Assembly: GCA_963674755.2 (NCBI GenBank)
Contig: CAXXVS010000003.1
Location: 2,240,001 to 2,304,000 of the forward strand
From: Desulfobacterales bacterium
GTDB taxonomy: Bacteria; Desulfobacterota; Desulfobacteria; Desulfobacterales; UBA5852
DNA: 64,000 bases
Reading direction: 5' to 3'
Shown here: one piece after another, positions 42,060-52,846 of the stretch
How positions within the stretch are numbered: position 1 is the stretch's first letter
Layout: each line of letters starts with the position of its first letter
Position numbers and translations under genes: made by a program
Notes under the pieces: generated by a model
Database searches by the model: none
What the model saw: the letters and a program-made list of their open reading frames with translations, nothing else
Told to the model about the DNA's origin: nothing

Positions 42060-43850
42060 CTATTCCGGCAGGGGCGGACGGACGCCCTTGGGCAGCGTGC
42101 CGTCGTCCTCGAAGACGATACGCCCCTCGAAGATGGTTGTCGCCACCCGGGCTTGGGGGATGTCCTCGATGGGAATTTCGTAGAGGTTGCGGTCGATGAC
42201 AACGAGATCGGCCAGTTTGCCCACCGTTATGGAGCCCAGCTCCGTTTCGAGAAAGTTGGTATAGGCGCCGCCCAGGGTGTAGGCCTTGAGCGCCTCTTCC
42301 AGATCGAGGCGTTCCTCTTCCGGCGGCAGGACGCCCATGTCCCCGTAGGACAGCTCGGTGCCCGGTTCGGGAACATAGCGGTAGGCGGGGTTGCGCCCGT
42401 AGTGGCGATCGAAAATGCGGCGGGGGATCCGGCGGGTCACGGCACTGTACAGGGCCCGCATGGAATCCGGCGGCACCACCGAGAAGTCGGAATGAAAGGC
42501 CAGGTTTACGCCATGGGCGAGAAAGCTTTGCTGGGGGTACTGCTGCTGGAAAGCCCGCTCCCGGCCCAGGTAGTCCACATAGAATTCCCAGAAGTAGTCG
42601 TCGATGACGGGCCAGTAGGGGGCGATGAGGGCCGTGACGCCCATGGCGGCCATGCGGGGCTTATCCTCCGGGGCCACCAGCTGCAGGTGGGCCAGGACCG
42701 GCCGCCGGTCACGGAGGGGGGCGCCGGTGTCGCGCTGCAGGGCTTCCAGCACGTCGAGCACGTAATGCACGGCGCCGTCGCCGATGGCGTGGACGTGTAC
42801 CTGGCCCCCGGCCCGGTGCACGCGGTCGAAGGCGTCTTGTAAGGCCGCCTCGTCCCAGTCCTTCAGGCCGCGCCAGTTATCGTCACGATGGGCGTAGGGC
42901 GCCAGCAGGTAGCCGGTTTCCTCCTCGATCACCTCGTCGGCGAAGAACTTGAAGACATCGGTTTTGAAATGGGGGGTGTCGAACTGGCGGGACAATTCCA
43001 GGGCGCGGGCGATGTCCGCCCGAAAATCCCTTTCGGGCATGATGCGCCAGGCGCCCCGGTAGCGGACGGTCAGCCGGCCTTCCTGGGCCAGTTCGTGATA
43101 GGCCCGGGCCACTTCCGGTTCGTCCAATTCCAGGATGGCATCCAGGGCGGTGGTGATCCCTTCGCGGTTGAGCCATTGCTGCAGCCAGAGCAGCGCGGCC
43201 TTGACCTGTTCCTTGGTGGGGCGGGGAATATGGGGCCGCACCAGGTTCATGGCCGCTTCCTGGAGCAGGCCGGCGGGCTCCCCGGTGGCCGGATCCCGCT
43301 TGATGACCCCGTTGGGCGGATCGGGGGTCTGGGCCGTGATGCCGGCCACGGCCAGCGCCCGGCTGTTGACCCATAGGGAGTGGCCGTCTTTAGAGAGAAT
43401 CGAGATGGGCCGTTTGGCGTCAATAGTGTCGAGCCATTCCTTGCGGGGGCCGATGCCGTCGAACGCCGCCCGGCGGAAGCCGGCGCCCTGAATCCAGGGC
43501 GTATCCGGATGGGCCTGGACGTAGCGGGCAGCCGCGTCCAGGTAGGCCTTTTTCTGGTCGTCTTCGTTGACGTCGAACAGGCTCAGACAGAAGACGTGCC
43601 GCCAGGCGCCGTGCACCGGATGCATGTGGGCGTCCACGAAGGCCGGCAGCACCATTTGGCCGTCCAGATCGATGGTTCGGGTGCGAGGCCCGATGAAGGC
43701 GGCCGCCCCCTGATCGTCACCCACGTAGACGATGCGCCGGCCGCGCACGGCCACGGCCGCGGCGCGGGAATGCGGGATTTCCTGGGTGAAGACGTTTCCG
43801 TTCGTCAGCACCAGGTCGGCGAACGCGGCGGTGGAAGTTTGGGTCGACAT
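42060..43850 (-). CDS. YtcJ-like metal-dependent amidohydrolase
   Basis: PAFVDAHMH, DGHSLWVNS, HAIGD, HSD, GKLADLVV. Confidence 0.88.
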   Translation of the reverse strand: MSTQTSTAAFADLVLTNGNVFTQEIPHSRAAAVAVRGRRIVYVGDDQGAAAFIGPRTRTIDLDGQMVLPAFVDAHMHPVHGAWRHVFCLSLFDVNEDDQKKAYLDAAARYVQAHPDTPWIQGAGFRRAAFDGIGPRKEWLDTIDAKRPISILSKDGHSLWVNSRALAVAGITAQTPDPPNGVIKRDPATGEPAGLLQEAAMNLVRPHIPRPTKEQVKAALLWLQQWLNREGITTALDAILELDEPEVARAYHELAQEGRLTVRYRGAWRIMPERDFRADIARALELSRQFDTPHFKTDVFKFFADEVIEEETGYLLAPYAHRDDNWRGLKDWDEAALQDAFDRVHRAGGQVHVHAIGDGAVHYVLDVLEALQRDTGAPLRDRRPVLAHLQLVAPEDKPRMAAMGVTALIAPYWPVIDDYFWEFYVDYLGRERAFQQQYPQQSFLAHGVNLAFHSDFSVVPPDSMRALYSAVTRRIPRRIFDRHYGRNPAYRYVPEPGTELSYGDMGVLPPEEERLDLEEALKAYTLGGAYTNFLETELGSITVGKLADLVVIDRNLYEIPIEDIPQARVATTIFEGRIVFEDDGTLPKGVRPPLPE

Positions 43851-44087
43851 AGCGCTTATCCTTGAATCCGTAGCCCCGGGGACGAAAACCCGTCGGCCAG
43901 GGCAAAACGTGGGGGATACCCGGCATCGGGCATCCCCCAATGGTGAAGATTTCCCGCTTTGCGGGACTTTCCGTTCTATCGAGCCCCCGGGGTGGGCGTG
44001 CGCCGCAGAGATACATCGGTATCTTGAAAACGCAAACCGTGCGCCCAACGCCGATGCAGGGCCCAAAAGACTATTTTGAGAAGTGTT

Positions 44088-45119
44088 CTACTGCTTGACT
44101 TTGGTCCAGACCTTGTCCAGCAGCCGGATGGCTTTTTCCGAGCACTGGGGATGGAAATGGACCGGAACGCCCTCCGGCACGGTGAGTTCGGGCGCGCCCC
44201 GCAATTCTTCTTTCAGGAATGCTTCACTGCCCTTGATGGCGTTGGCGTAGCCGGAGAAATTGGTCTGGAGGGCGGCGTTTTCCGGCTGCAGCATGAAGAC
44301 CATGAATTTGATGGCGTTTTCCCGGTTCGGGGCGCCCTTGGGAACGGCCAGGTTGTCGGCCCAGCCCAGGATGCCTTCCTTGGGGTACATGTATTTGATG
44401 TCGGGGTTGGCCTTGCGGGCCCGCATGGCAGAGCCGTTCCAGCAGCCGGACATCATTACGTCGCCGGACACCAGACGCTCGTGAATGCCCTCGGAGCTGT
44501 ACACCTTGACATAGGGTTTCTGGGCCATCAGAAGATCGAGGACTTCCTGCATCTGGGCGGGGTCTTCGTTGCACTGGGGATAGCCCTTGAAAACCAGGGC
44601 CAGGTTGGTGTTCTCCTCGGAGGAGTCGAACATGCCGATTTTGCCTTGCAGTTCGGTCGGTGGCATGAAGAGGGTGGCCAGGGTGTCTTCGGAGGGGTTG
44701 TAGGCGGAGGTGTTCAGGCAGAAGGAGGTGCTGCCGTAGTTCCAGGGGACGGTGTATTCGTTTTTAGGGTCCCAGGGAGGGCCTTTCATGGCATCCACGA
44801 TATTGTCGTAGCCTTTGAAGCTGGCGGCGTCGACCTTCTGGATCAACCCTTCGTCGATCAGGATGGTGACGAAGTTGTGGGTCGGTACGATGATGTCGTA
44901 GGCCCCGCCGCCGGATTTCAGCTTGGCCAGCAGGGTTTCGTTGGAATCGTAGATGTCGAGGGTCACCTTGATGCCGGTTTCCGCCTCGAATTTCTTGATC
45001 AGATCGGGGGCCGTGTAGTCCGACCAATTGTAGAGGAAGAGCTCCCCTGCGGCCAGGACCGGGCCGGCGGAAACCACGAGGACCAGCAGACACGCCATGC
45101 ATACAGCTATCCGTCTCAT
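44088..45119 (-). CDS. potD: Polyamine ABC transporter substrate-binding protein (PotD/PotF)
   Basis: YNWSDY, DSNETLLAKL, PKEG..WADN. Confidence 0.85.
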   Translation of the reverse strand: MRRIAVCMACLLVLVVSAGPVLAAGELFLYNWSDYTAPDLIKKFEAETGIKVTLDIYDSNETLLAKLKSGGGAYDIIVPTHNFVTILIDEGLIQKVDAASFKGYDNIVDAMKGPPWDPKNEYTVPWNYGSTSFCLNTSAYNPSEDTLATLFMPPTELQGKIGMFDSSEENTNLALVFKGYPQCNEDPAQMQEVLDLLMAQKPYVKVYSSEGIHERLVSGDVMMSGCWNGSAMRARKANPDIKYMYPKEGILGWADNLAVPKGAPNRENAIKFMVFMLQPENAALQTNFSGYANAIKGSEAFLKEELRGAPELTVPEGVPVHFHPQCSEKAIRLLDKVWTKVKQ

Positions 45120-45240
45120 TGCAGCATCTCCTTTCATGAATGGGGGAACAGCCAGGTAGGAACGGCATTTCTCCTACCATGTCGGCCCCGGAGGATTCAA
45201 GCGCTATATGAAGACGGGGGACATTTTTTATTGGACTGAT

Positions 45241-45270
45241 GCGGCAGCCCCTGTCGAGGGGTTCTGCCGC
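45241..45270 (-). terminator. GC-rich hairpin downstream of 45294..45590
   Basis: GCGGCAG-CCCCT-GTCG-AGGGG-TT-CTGCCGC; no clear U-tract. Confidence 0.3.
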
Positions 45271-45293
45271 GGCGACGGGGGCAACCGTCAGCT

Positions 45294-45590
45294 TCAGCCG
45301 GCCAAATGACGGATCAATTTTGCGGCTTCATCGATGCTGGCGGCGGGATGAATTTCGAAATGGACAAAGGGTGTGTACTGCTCGGTCATCTTCATGACCT
45401 CCAGTGTGGAGCCTTCGACAATGCTGTAGCCCCTGCCTTCCGAGGGGAAAGTGCCCCAGTCTCTGAGAATCCCTTTCTCCCGGTCGTTTTTAACCATGTC
45501 CATCAGAATTTCCCAGCCCTTGCCCCGCTCGCGGGGGTCGATGGGGATACGGGCCGGGTCCAATGTCCAAAGTAGAAGATATTTGCTCAT
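45294..45590 (-). CDS. Small hypothetical protein (DUF3303-like)
   Basis: AGGAG RBS; DWGTF..GRGYSIVEG..PFVHFEIHP pattern. Confidence 0.6.
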   Translation of the reverse strand: MSKYLLLWTLDPARIPIDPRERGKGWEILMDMVKNDREKGILRDWGTFPSEGRGYSIVEGSTLEVMKMTEQYTPFVHFEIHPAASIDEAAKLIRHLAG

Positions 45591-46158
45591 GGTAAGACTC
45601 CTGTGGTTCATCGGGCGTTAAAATCAAGGATCGTGGCCATCAAAACGGTGGGCAGCCTCCGGGGAACACCTGCTTTTCCACCGGAGGCCTCGACCGGGCA
45701 GTTTAAGATATCTCATTGGTTTCCCTCCCTTGTTCAAAGGGCCGATGTGCGGACGAGGGGAACGCTTGACAAATGAGCGGGTTTTTCTGAAAGCGTAGAC
45801 TAATTCGACGGTGGTGCCACGGTTGGGCGGCGTCGGGGTGTCATATCTGTAGAAAGATCGCTTCGGGTGAAAGCAGGGGGGGGGGGGCGAAGAACGTCAA
45901 ATCGGCCCTGAATGGATATTATGGTTACATCATAAGACTGAACGCAACCGATGCCACATGACAACGTGAAAATTTCAACCGTCCCAACGGTGGAGCATGT
46001 GGTGGGATATTCCCAGGCGCTGGTGGAAGCGCATTTCTGAGAGGCGATCCGTTGCGTCTGGCTGAAATCGTCTTACTCTAATCCAAAGCCGACCAGGGAT
46101 CCTGGGGCCCTGCGAAAGCAGCGCCGCCTTTCCCTCCCAATATGTGACGGAGAAACGA

Positions 46159-46716
46159 ATGAAAACGCGACAGATCAAGGAGTTGATGGTCCCTATCTCG
46201 GACTATGCCACCATCCACGAAGACGCCACCATCGCGGCGGCCATTGAAGCACTCGAAAATGCCAACAAGCGTCATGGCGACAAACCCTATCGCCATCAGT
46301 CCCTGGTCGTCGTCGATGCCGACCGCCATGCCGTGGGCCGCCTGAGCCAGGTGGATATCATGCATGCCATGGAGCCCCGTTACAAGGATCTGGGGGACGC
46401 GCGTTGGATCGGCCGGTCGGTGCTTACCCGGCATGCCCTGGTTGTCCTGCGAGAGAAATTCCATCTCTGGGAGCAGCCCCTCGAAGAAATCTGCCGGATC
46501 ATCGATACCCAACGGGTTAAGAATTTCATGCAGATTCCCACCGAAGGTGAATTCGTGGAGGAGACCGACACCATGAACATCGCGATGCACCGCATTGTCA
46601 TGGGGCGCCATCACAGCCTGTTGGTCACCCGCAACAAGGAAATCGTCGGTATCCTGCGCTCCACCGACCTGTTCAACACCCTTTACGATATGATGGAAGA
46701 GTGCCCCATACGCTAG
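46159..46716 (+). CDS. CBS-domain protein
   Basis: IKELMVP...VGRLSQVD and VKNFM...VGILRSTD CBS repeats. Confidence 0.85.
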   Translation: MKTRQIKELMVPISDYATIHEDATIAAAIEALENANKRHGDKPYRHQSLVVVDADRHAVGRLSQVDIMHAMEPRYKDLGDARWIGRSVLTRHALVVLREKFHLWEQPLEEICRIIDTQRVKNFMQIPTEGEFVEETDTMNIAMHRIVMGRHHSLLVTRNKEIVGILRSTDLFNTLYDMMEECPIR

Positions 46717-47250
46717 GTGTCGGTACCCCGCTAATTGCCCTGCACAGGGTCCGCTTCCGCAGGGGATTCCCGTCGGCCCAGGTCATGTTTTCCGAACGGC
46801 CATTCGACCACAAACACCAAGCGGTCCCTGAGGCGGACGAAACCAAGAGGCCAACCCCATGGCCATCGATATCGCCACCACCATGATCGATCGAATTATC
46901 GGCCGGCGCCGGCGGTGAGGATGAGCCCTCTTTTAAATCGTCCGACCACTGAGGATGACGGCCTATCCTTGCGGGAATTTGAGATTCAGTGCGGCATTGC
47001 GCTTTCAGGGCAGGCATGCTATCCGGATTCAGGGACTGCCCCGGGCGGCCCTGTCCGACATCTGATGCTCCTGCCCTCCAGCCCTGGCTGATTTCGACGA
47101 AGTCCTGCCGCCCTATGTCCCACGACCGATGGGACGACGACCGCACCCGTGCAAGTGGCTGCATCTGCACACGACAGCTTGGTAATCGCACGGTGACGCG
47201 CAAGCGATTGAGCGTTTGTTTCATTCTCACACCAACAAGGGAGGGAAACG

Positions 47251-48255
47251 ATGAAAAAGGTCATGCTTTTTGTGGTGCTGTTGGTGCTGGTGGGCGCTCC
47301 CCTGGCCCAGGCGGCAGGCGGCGCTTCGGCCGAAAAGGCGAAAGCCGAGGGCAAGGCCGTCTTCTACGCCAACATAACGGCCATCGAACCGATCATGGAC
47401 GCGTTCAGCAAGACGTACGGCGTGCAGGGGGAATACACGCGCATTTCCACTTCCAAGTTCTTCGCCACCGTGTCCACCGAGCACCAGGCCGGCAAGCTGC
47501 TGGCTGATGTGCTGCAATCCCCCCTGCCCATCATGGATCTTCTGGAAAACCAGGGCGTGCTCACGGCCTACGCCTCACCTTCGGCCGCGGCCTATCCGGA
47601 GTGGACCCGCAAGGACCCCAAGATTCAGATTTTCGGCATCGAATATGTGGCCCTGATCTATAACAAGGAACTGGTCAAACCGGCCGACGTTCCCAAACGT
47701 TACGAGGACCTCACCGACCCCAAATGGCGCGACAAGATCGTCATGGCCAACCCGTCCTCCCATGCCACCACCATCTCCTGGCTGGTGGGCTTGAAGGAGA
47801 AGGTCTTCCCCTCGGAAGCGGCCTGGATGGATTTCCTGAAAGGCCTGGCGGCCAACAAGCCCATGTTCGTGCGCTCTTTCGGACCCACCCCGGCCCCCGT
47901 GGAAAGCGGCGAGAAGCTGATCGCCATCTCCATGCCCAAGTATATCATCACCAAAGCCCCGGCCCCCCTGGACTGGGCCCATGTGTCGCAACCCCTGCTG
48001 GGCACCCCTCGGGGGATCGGCCTTTCCGCCACTGCGCCAGACCCCGAGGCCGGCAAGTTGTTCATGGATTTCTGGCTGTCCAAGGCGGCCATGCAGATGC
48101 TGGCCGACCAGGTGGGCGAATACGTCCTGCACCCGGGCGTCTATCCCCCCATCGCGGGCATCGACAAGGCCGAGGTCCTGCCGGTGCGCACGCTTTCCGA
48201 CGCTGAAATCCGAAAGTGGGGCGCCGAATTCAAGAAGATTTTCGACGTGCCCTGA
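47251..48255 (+). CDS. ABC transporter substrate-binding protein (Fe3+/thiamine-type)
   Basis: Signal peptide; YNKELV..P..YEDLTDPKWRDKI. Confidence 0.82.
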   Translation: MKKVMLFVVLLVLVGAPLAQAAGGASAEKAKAEGKAVFYANITAIEPIMDAFSKTYGVQGEYTRISTSKFFATVSTEHQAGKLLADVLQSPLPIMDLLENQGVLTAYASPSAAAYPEWTRKDPKIQIFGIEYVALIYNKELVKPADVPKRYEDLTDPKWRDKIVMANPSSHATTISWLVGLKEKVFPSEAAWMDFLKGLAANKPMFVRSFGPTPAPVESGEKLIAISMPKYIITKAPAPLDWAHVSQPLLGTPRGIGLSATAPDPEAGKLFMDFWLSKAAMQMLADQVGEYVLHPGVYPPIAGIDKAEVLPVRTLSDAEIRKWGAEFKKIFDVP

Positions 48256-48342
48256 TCCAACGGGCGCGGTTTGCCCCGTCCTCTGAATGACTTCCCTGAA
48301 GACTGCTGGCGCGGTCTTCAGGGCTTTCCTGGAAAAGCGACG

Positions 48343-49428
48343 ATGGAAATACGCATCAGCGGTGTGAGCAAGATCTATCATTCCGAAGGCAAGCAGATCA
48401 ACGCCCTGGACCATGTCGATCTGACCATTCCGGCCAATCGGATCTTCACCCTCCTGGGCCCGAGCGGCTGCGGCAAGACCACGCTGCTGCGCTGCATCGT
48501 GGGGCTGGAGATGCCCGACGAGGGGGAAATCGCCATCGGCGAGGAGATCGTCTGGTCCCGGCCGAAGAACATCTTCGTACCGCCGGAAAAACGCGGGCTC
48601 AGCATGGTGTTTCAAACCTACGCCATCTGGCCCCACATGACGGTCTTCGACAATGTGGCCTATCCCCTGCAGGCCCGCCACGAGCCCCGGGATGCCATTC
48701 GGGAAAAGGTGGCCAAGACCCTGCAATTCGTCCAGCTGGAAGGCTTCGGGAACCGTCCGGCCACCAAGCTGAGCGGCGGGCAGCAGCAGCGGGTGGCCCT
48801 GGCCCGGGCCCTGGTGCCGGAACCCAAGGTGATCCTGTTCGACGAACCCCTCAGCAACCTGGACGCCAAGCTGCGGGAGGAGACCCGCAAGGAGTTGCGC
48901 AGCTTTCTGACCCGCCTGCAGATCACCGCCGTTTACGTGACCCACGACCGCATCGAGGCCCTGTCCCTCTCCGATTCCCTGGCGGTGATGCGGGCCGGCC
49001 GCATCGTGGAGATCGGGACACCCAAGCAGATCTATTTCGATTCCGATCAGCGCTTCGTGGCGGATTTCATCGGCCGGGCCAACCTGATCGCCGGGCAGGT
49101 AACAAGCAATGAGGGGGATGCTGCGCTTGTCGATTCCGCCATCGGCCCCATCCGCTGCCGCCGGAAGGACCGGGCCGCGCCGGGGGACAAGGTCACCGTC
49201 TGCGTACGGCCCGAGTTTATCCGGGTGACCAGCGCCCCCGGGGAAGGCCCCAACGTTTTCGAAGGCCAGGTGGCCTCTCTGGTGTTTGTGGGGGAGGCCT
49301 ATGAGGGCGAGATCAGCATCGGGGAGACGGTTCTCATCACCGAAATCGACCCCACCTCCGGCATCGGGGAGGGCGATGCGGTCTTTGTGGCCTTCGATGC
49401 GGACCACTGCGCCCTGTTGATGGGCTGA
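48343..49428 (+). CDS. ABC transporter ATP-binding protein (FbpC/PotA-like)
   Basis: [36 protein letters not shown]. Confidence 0.9.
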   Translation: MEIRISGVSKIYHSEGKQINALDHVDLTIPANRIFTLLGPSGCGKTTLLRCIVGLEMPDEGEIAIGEEIVWSRPKNIFVPPEKRGLSMVFQTYAIWPHMTVFDNVAYPLQARHEPRDAIREKVAKTLQFVQLEGFGNRPATKLSGGQQQRVALARALVPEPKVILFDEPLSNLDAKLREETRKELRSFLTRLQITAVYVTHDRIEALSLSDSLAVMRAGRIVEIGTPKQIYFDSDQRFVADFIGRANLIAGQVTSNEGDAALVDSAIGPIRCRRKDRAAPGDKVTVCVRPEFIRVTSAPGEGPNVFEGQVASLVFVGEAYEGEISIGETVLITEIDPTSGIGEGDAVFVAFDADHCALLMG

Positions 49429-49442
49429 ATCGAGGCACGCCC

Positions 49443-51131
49443 ATGGCCGTAAGCAAAAGCAAACTGACCCCGTTCCTGATCGTCGTGGTGGGCTTTTTGA
49501 CGGTCTGCCCGGTGGTGATGCTCGTCCTGGGAAGCTTCTCTGAAGGGCTGGGCGCCTTCGGCCGTTTTACCCTGCAGAAGTATATCCAGTCCTACGGCGA
49601 TCCCGAGCTGATCGGCATCCTGGTCAACACGGTGGTTTTTACCGTCGGTTCGGGCGTGGTGGCCACCTTCCTGGCCCTTTTTCTGGCCTATCTCAATACG
49701 CGCACCAACATCCCCTTCAAGTTTCTGTTCCGCATCATTTCGATCATCCCCATGATGATCCCGCACATTCTCTTCTCCGTGAGCTGGGTGCTGCTGCTCA
49801 ATCCCTCCAATGGGCTGATCAATCTGGTCCTGAAGGAGCTGCTGCATATGGACGGCAGCCTCTTCAACATCTACACCCTGCCGGGCATGATCCTGGTGGA
49901 GGGGCTGCTGGATCTGCCCATCGCCTACCTGATCCTGGCCCCGGCCCTGGCGGCCTTCGACATTTCCCTGGAGGAGTCCTCCAAGGTCTGCGGTGCCTCC
50001 AACCTGAAAACCCTTTTCCGGGTGACGCTGCCGGTGCTGCGTCCCGCCATCCTGGCCTCGTTTATCCTGGTGATCGTGCGCAGCCTGGCTTCGTTTGCGG
50101 TGCCTTCCGTGATCGGCATGCCGGGGCGCATCTACGTGCTGGCCACCCACATCTACCGCATCATCGCCACGGGGTTTGCCGCGGACTACGGCATGGCGGC
50201 GGCCATCGGGATGAGCGCCATGGCCACTTCCATCGCGCTCATCTACATCTACCGCCACCTGACATCGGAGAGCGAGAAGTACGTCACCATCTCCAGCCGG
50301 GGCTACCGGCCGACCCTGATCGACCTGAAGGGCGCCAAAACGCCCCTTTTCGTGGTGGTGGGAATCATCTCCTTCGTCCTGATCCTGCTGCCGGTGATCG
50401 TCCTTTTCTATACCTCCCTGGTGCCCTACTCGATGATCCCCAGCGCCAAAGCCTTCAGCCTCATGAGCTGGAAGAACTGGCTGGCGGTGATCCACGATCC
50501 CATCTCGCTGCTGTCGGTCAAAAACAGCGTTTTTCTGGGTATCGTGGGCGCTACCCTGGGGATCGTGCTTTCCATCTTCGTCTCGTATGTCATCGTGAAG
50601 GTGCGCAGCACGAGTTCGGGCATCCTGGAATCCCTCAGCTTCCTCTCGTTCTCCTTTCCGGGCATCGTGGTGGGCATCGGGTTCATGTGGTTTTTCGTGC
50701 AGACGCCCTTGTACGCCACCATCTGGTCCCTGTTGATCGGCTATATCGCCACCTACCTGCCCTACGGCATCCGGCCGCTCACCAGCGCCTTTGTCCAGAT
50801 CCACAGCCACCTGGAGGAATCCTCCAAGGTCTGCGGGGCCGGGACGCTCTATACCTTGCGGCGGGTGGTGATTCCGCTGCTGATTCCCGGCATCGTTTCG
50901 GGCTGGATCCTGATGGCCACCATGTTCGTGCGGGAGCTGACCCTCTCGGTGGTGCTCTCCCGGCCGGGGACCGAGGTGCTGGCCGTGCAGATTTTCAGGT
51001 TTGCGGAGGACGGTCTGTGGGGCAAGCTTTCGGCCCTGGGGATCATGATGATTTTTATTTCAACGGGGCTGGTGGTGGCGGCCTCGCTGATCGGCGCCAG
51101 GCTGACCCGGGTGCAGACCGAGGGGGGATAG
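49443..51131 (+). CDS. ABC transporter permease with two TM domains (FbpB/ThiP-like)
   Basis: Two EAA-type loops (LEESSKVCGA twice). Confidence 0.88.
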   Translation: MAVSKSKLTPFLIVVVGFLTVCPVVMLVLGSFSEGLGAFGRFTLQKYIQSYGDPELIGILVNTVVFTVGSGVVATFLALFLAYLNTRTNIPFKFLFRIISIIPMMIPHILFSVSWVLLLNPSNGLINLVLKELLHMDGSLFNIYTLPGMILVEGLLDLPIAYLILAPALAAFDISLEESSKVCGASNLKTLFRVTLPVLRPAILASFILVIVRSLASFAVPSVIGMPGRIYVLATHIYRIIATGFAADYGMAAAIGMSAMATSIALIYIYRHLTSESEKYVTISSRGYRPTLIDLKGAKTPLFVVVGIISFVLILLPVIVLFYTSLVPYSMIPSAKAFSLMSWKNWLAVIHDPISLLSVKNSVFLGIVGATLGIVLSIFVSYVIVKVRSTSSGILESLSFLSFSFPGIVVGIGFMWFFVQTPLYATIWSLLIGYIATYLPYGIRPLTSAFVQIHSHLEESSKVCGAGTLYTLRRVVIPLLIPGIVSGWILMATMFVRELTLSVVLSRPGTEVLAVQIFRFAEDGLWGKLSALGIMMIFISTGLVVAASLIGARLTRVQTEGG

Positions 51132-51154
51132 CCTGCTCTGTACGCCGGGCGTAA

Positions 51155-51370
51155 TCAGCCTGTTTCGGGGGGCTTGTCGCCTGCCGGGTCGTTCGCAATC
51201 CCACGGAAGCGATCATGGCGGCCGTTAGGGGCTCCGAGCCGATTCCCACCCTTGCTGCGGCGGACCCTGGCTTTGAGGCGGGAGCTCTCCAGCCGAAACA
51301 TTGCCTGCCGTGTTTGGCGTAGCACCTGCCGGCGCTTCACATCGCCGTATTTTCCAAATCTTCCGCCCAT
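51155..51370 (-). CDS. Small Arg/Lys-rich hypothetical protein (71 aa)
   Basis: GGGAGG RBS before ATG 51370; MGGRFGKYGDVKRRQ. Confidence 0.5.
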   Translation of the reverse strand: MGGRFGKYGDVKRRQVLRQTRQAMFRLESSRLKARVRRSKGGNRLGAPNGRHDRFRGIANDPAGDKPPETG

Positions 51371-51527
51371 GACGTTATCCTCCCTTTTTCGAAGGTCGTC
51401 AGCCTCCGACCGTAAACGTAAAGACAGCATTTACACTTCTAAATATAATCATAGCGGATGCGGAAAACCAACCGGTTGCGCTTGCTGGAAAAGTGTCGTG
51501 AAAGGATTCGGGAGGGGAGGCGGTTCT

Positions 51528-51557
51528 TTGACAAGCACGCTTGCGGTTGATTACATT
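51528..51557 (+). promoter_or_regulatory. Putative sigma70 promoter for 51714..52739
   Basis: TTGACA-N18-TACATT. Confidence 0.4.
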
Positions 51558-51580
51558 AGTTTTGCTCGATAACTGTCACG

Positions 51581-51616
51581 TCTGGTGAAGGCTCTGGAGC
51601 GTTTCACCCGATCAGG
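51581..51616. repeat. Short remnant of the dispersed repeat 5' segment
   Basis: TCTGGTGAAGGCTCTGGAGC..CCGATC resembles TCTGGTGGAGGACCCGGAGA..CCGATCC in copy 2. Confidence 0.4.
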
Positions 51617-51713
51617 AACGCTTTTTTGCAAGTGGATTCTTCCTGCGATGCGGGAGCAGACTCATTTCTGAAGACCGAGAATAAGTTGCAAATGCGAATT
51701 TGAGGGGAGGGCA

Positions 51714-52739
51714 ATGGACAGAACGGTCGTCATCAAAGCTATCCTCGGCAATGTACTGATGCGGGAGATCATCGCCATCCGTCTGGATACCCTGTGGAAA
51801 ATGCTGGGGTGGGTCCAGGCCGATGCGCTGCCGGACATCGATGAAGAAGGGGCCACCGGCAAGTTCGACAACAAGGGCGCCATCTTCGTCCCGGGCGGTT
51901 TGATCTACTGCGATGTGGACGAGAGGCCGATCGCGTATTCTTCCGAGCCGGACTGGGATGCCGCCGTTTTCCGCCGGCGCATACGGGCGGCCATGAAATA
52001 CGACAACGCCACCCTGCTTTTCCCGGACGGCGTGGCGCCGGGCGTCAACCTCGACAGCGGATTCTTTTCCCGCGCCGCCCGCCGGATCAATATGTTCAAG
52101 AAGGCCGCCTTCCGGCGCAAGAAGAAGATCGGCCCCAAGATGTCCCTGGAGATCAGCTCCGAGGACATCGTTCAGAGCCACACCCCCATCTACATGACCG
52201 GGCCCTTCGGGGCGCGCACCCGCATCAGCACCTGTATTGCCGCCGCCCTCGTGGATCCGCCCCTGTATTACGCCCACCTGAAAACGGAATTCAACCTGGA
52301 CGACGACAAGGCCCGCCGCGTTATGGACGGCATCGACCAGGCCCTGGATCCGGGCCGCGGCCGGAAGGGCAACCTCCTCTACCCGCCCTACATCGTGGTG
52401 TGTCACGACACGCGCTACAAAAAGGCCTCCCTGACCGGCTTGACCCGCATTCTGGGCATCGGCAAGTTCGGTGAATTCGCCACCTTCACCCTGGAAAGGC
52501 TCGGCCGGCGGAACATCAACGAACTCAAGCGCAAGGGGTACGATCCGGACCAGGTGGAAACCATGGCCGAAACGGACGGCATCCGCGTGGCGGGTCTCCT
52601 GCGTCTCTACGCCCAGACCAACCCCGGCAAGCGTTCGGCCCAGTATGACCTGCACGTGGTATCGCCCCGCCGGGACCTCGACCTGGACATCGCCGCCATC
52701 GAGACCGAAGCCCGCCGCCGCTACGCTATCAGCGATTAG
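51714..52739 (+). CDS. Hypothetical protein with probable divergent DAC/DisA_N (diadenylate cyclase) fold
   Basis: Strong RBS and GC3-rich coding. Motifs in DAC order: KGAIFVPG, MKYDNATLL, GARTRIS, IVVCHDT. The CDS is confident; the fold call is less so. Confidence 0.6.
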   Translation: MDRTVVIKAILGNVLMREIIAIRLDTLWKMLGWVQADALPDIDEEGATGKFDNKGAIFVPGGLIYCDVDERPIAYSSEPDWDAAVFRRRIRAAMKYDNATLLFPDGVAPGVNLDSGFFSRAARRINMFKKAAFRRKKKIGPKMSLEISSEDIVQSHTPIYMTGPFGARTRISTCIAAALVDPPLYYAHLKTEFNLDDDKARRVMDGIDQALDPGRGRKGNLLYPPYIVVCHDTRYKKASLTGLTRILGIGKFGEFATFTLERLGRRNINELKRKGYDPDQVETMAETDGIRVAGLLRLYAQTNPGKRSAQYDLHVVSPRRDLDLDIAAIETEARRRYAISD

Positions 52740-52846
52740 CTTTGATCTGAACCCTCCAGCTTTGGTGAAGGATCTGGAGCTGTCCTACCGATCCGGGGGG
52801 CTATTTCCTAAAAGAATTTTTTATTTTCTTTCACCAGAAAGAAAAT
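52736..52846. repeat. Partial (5' ~110 bp) copy of the dispersed repeat
   Basis: TTAGCTTTGATCTGAACCCTCC..CCGATCCGGGG and the ATTTTCTTTC/GAAAGAAAAT stem. Confidence 0.7.

Noticed and set aside
46720..47250. Riboswitch (TPP/cobalamin) ahead of the ABC transporter
   Set aside because: Long leader, but I could not find the conserved TPP or B12-box cores; needs an Rfam search.
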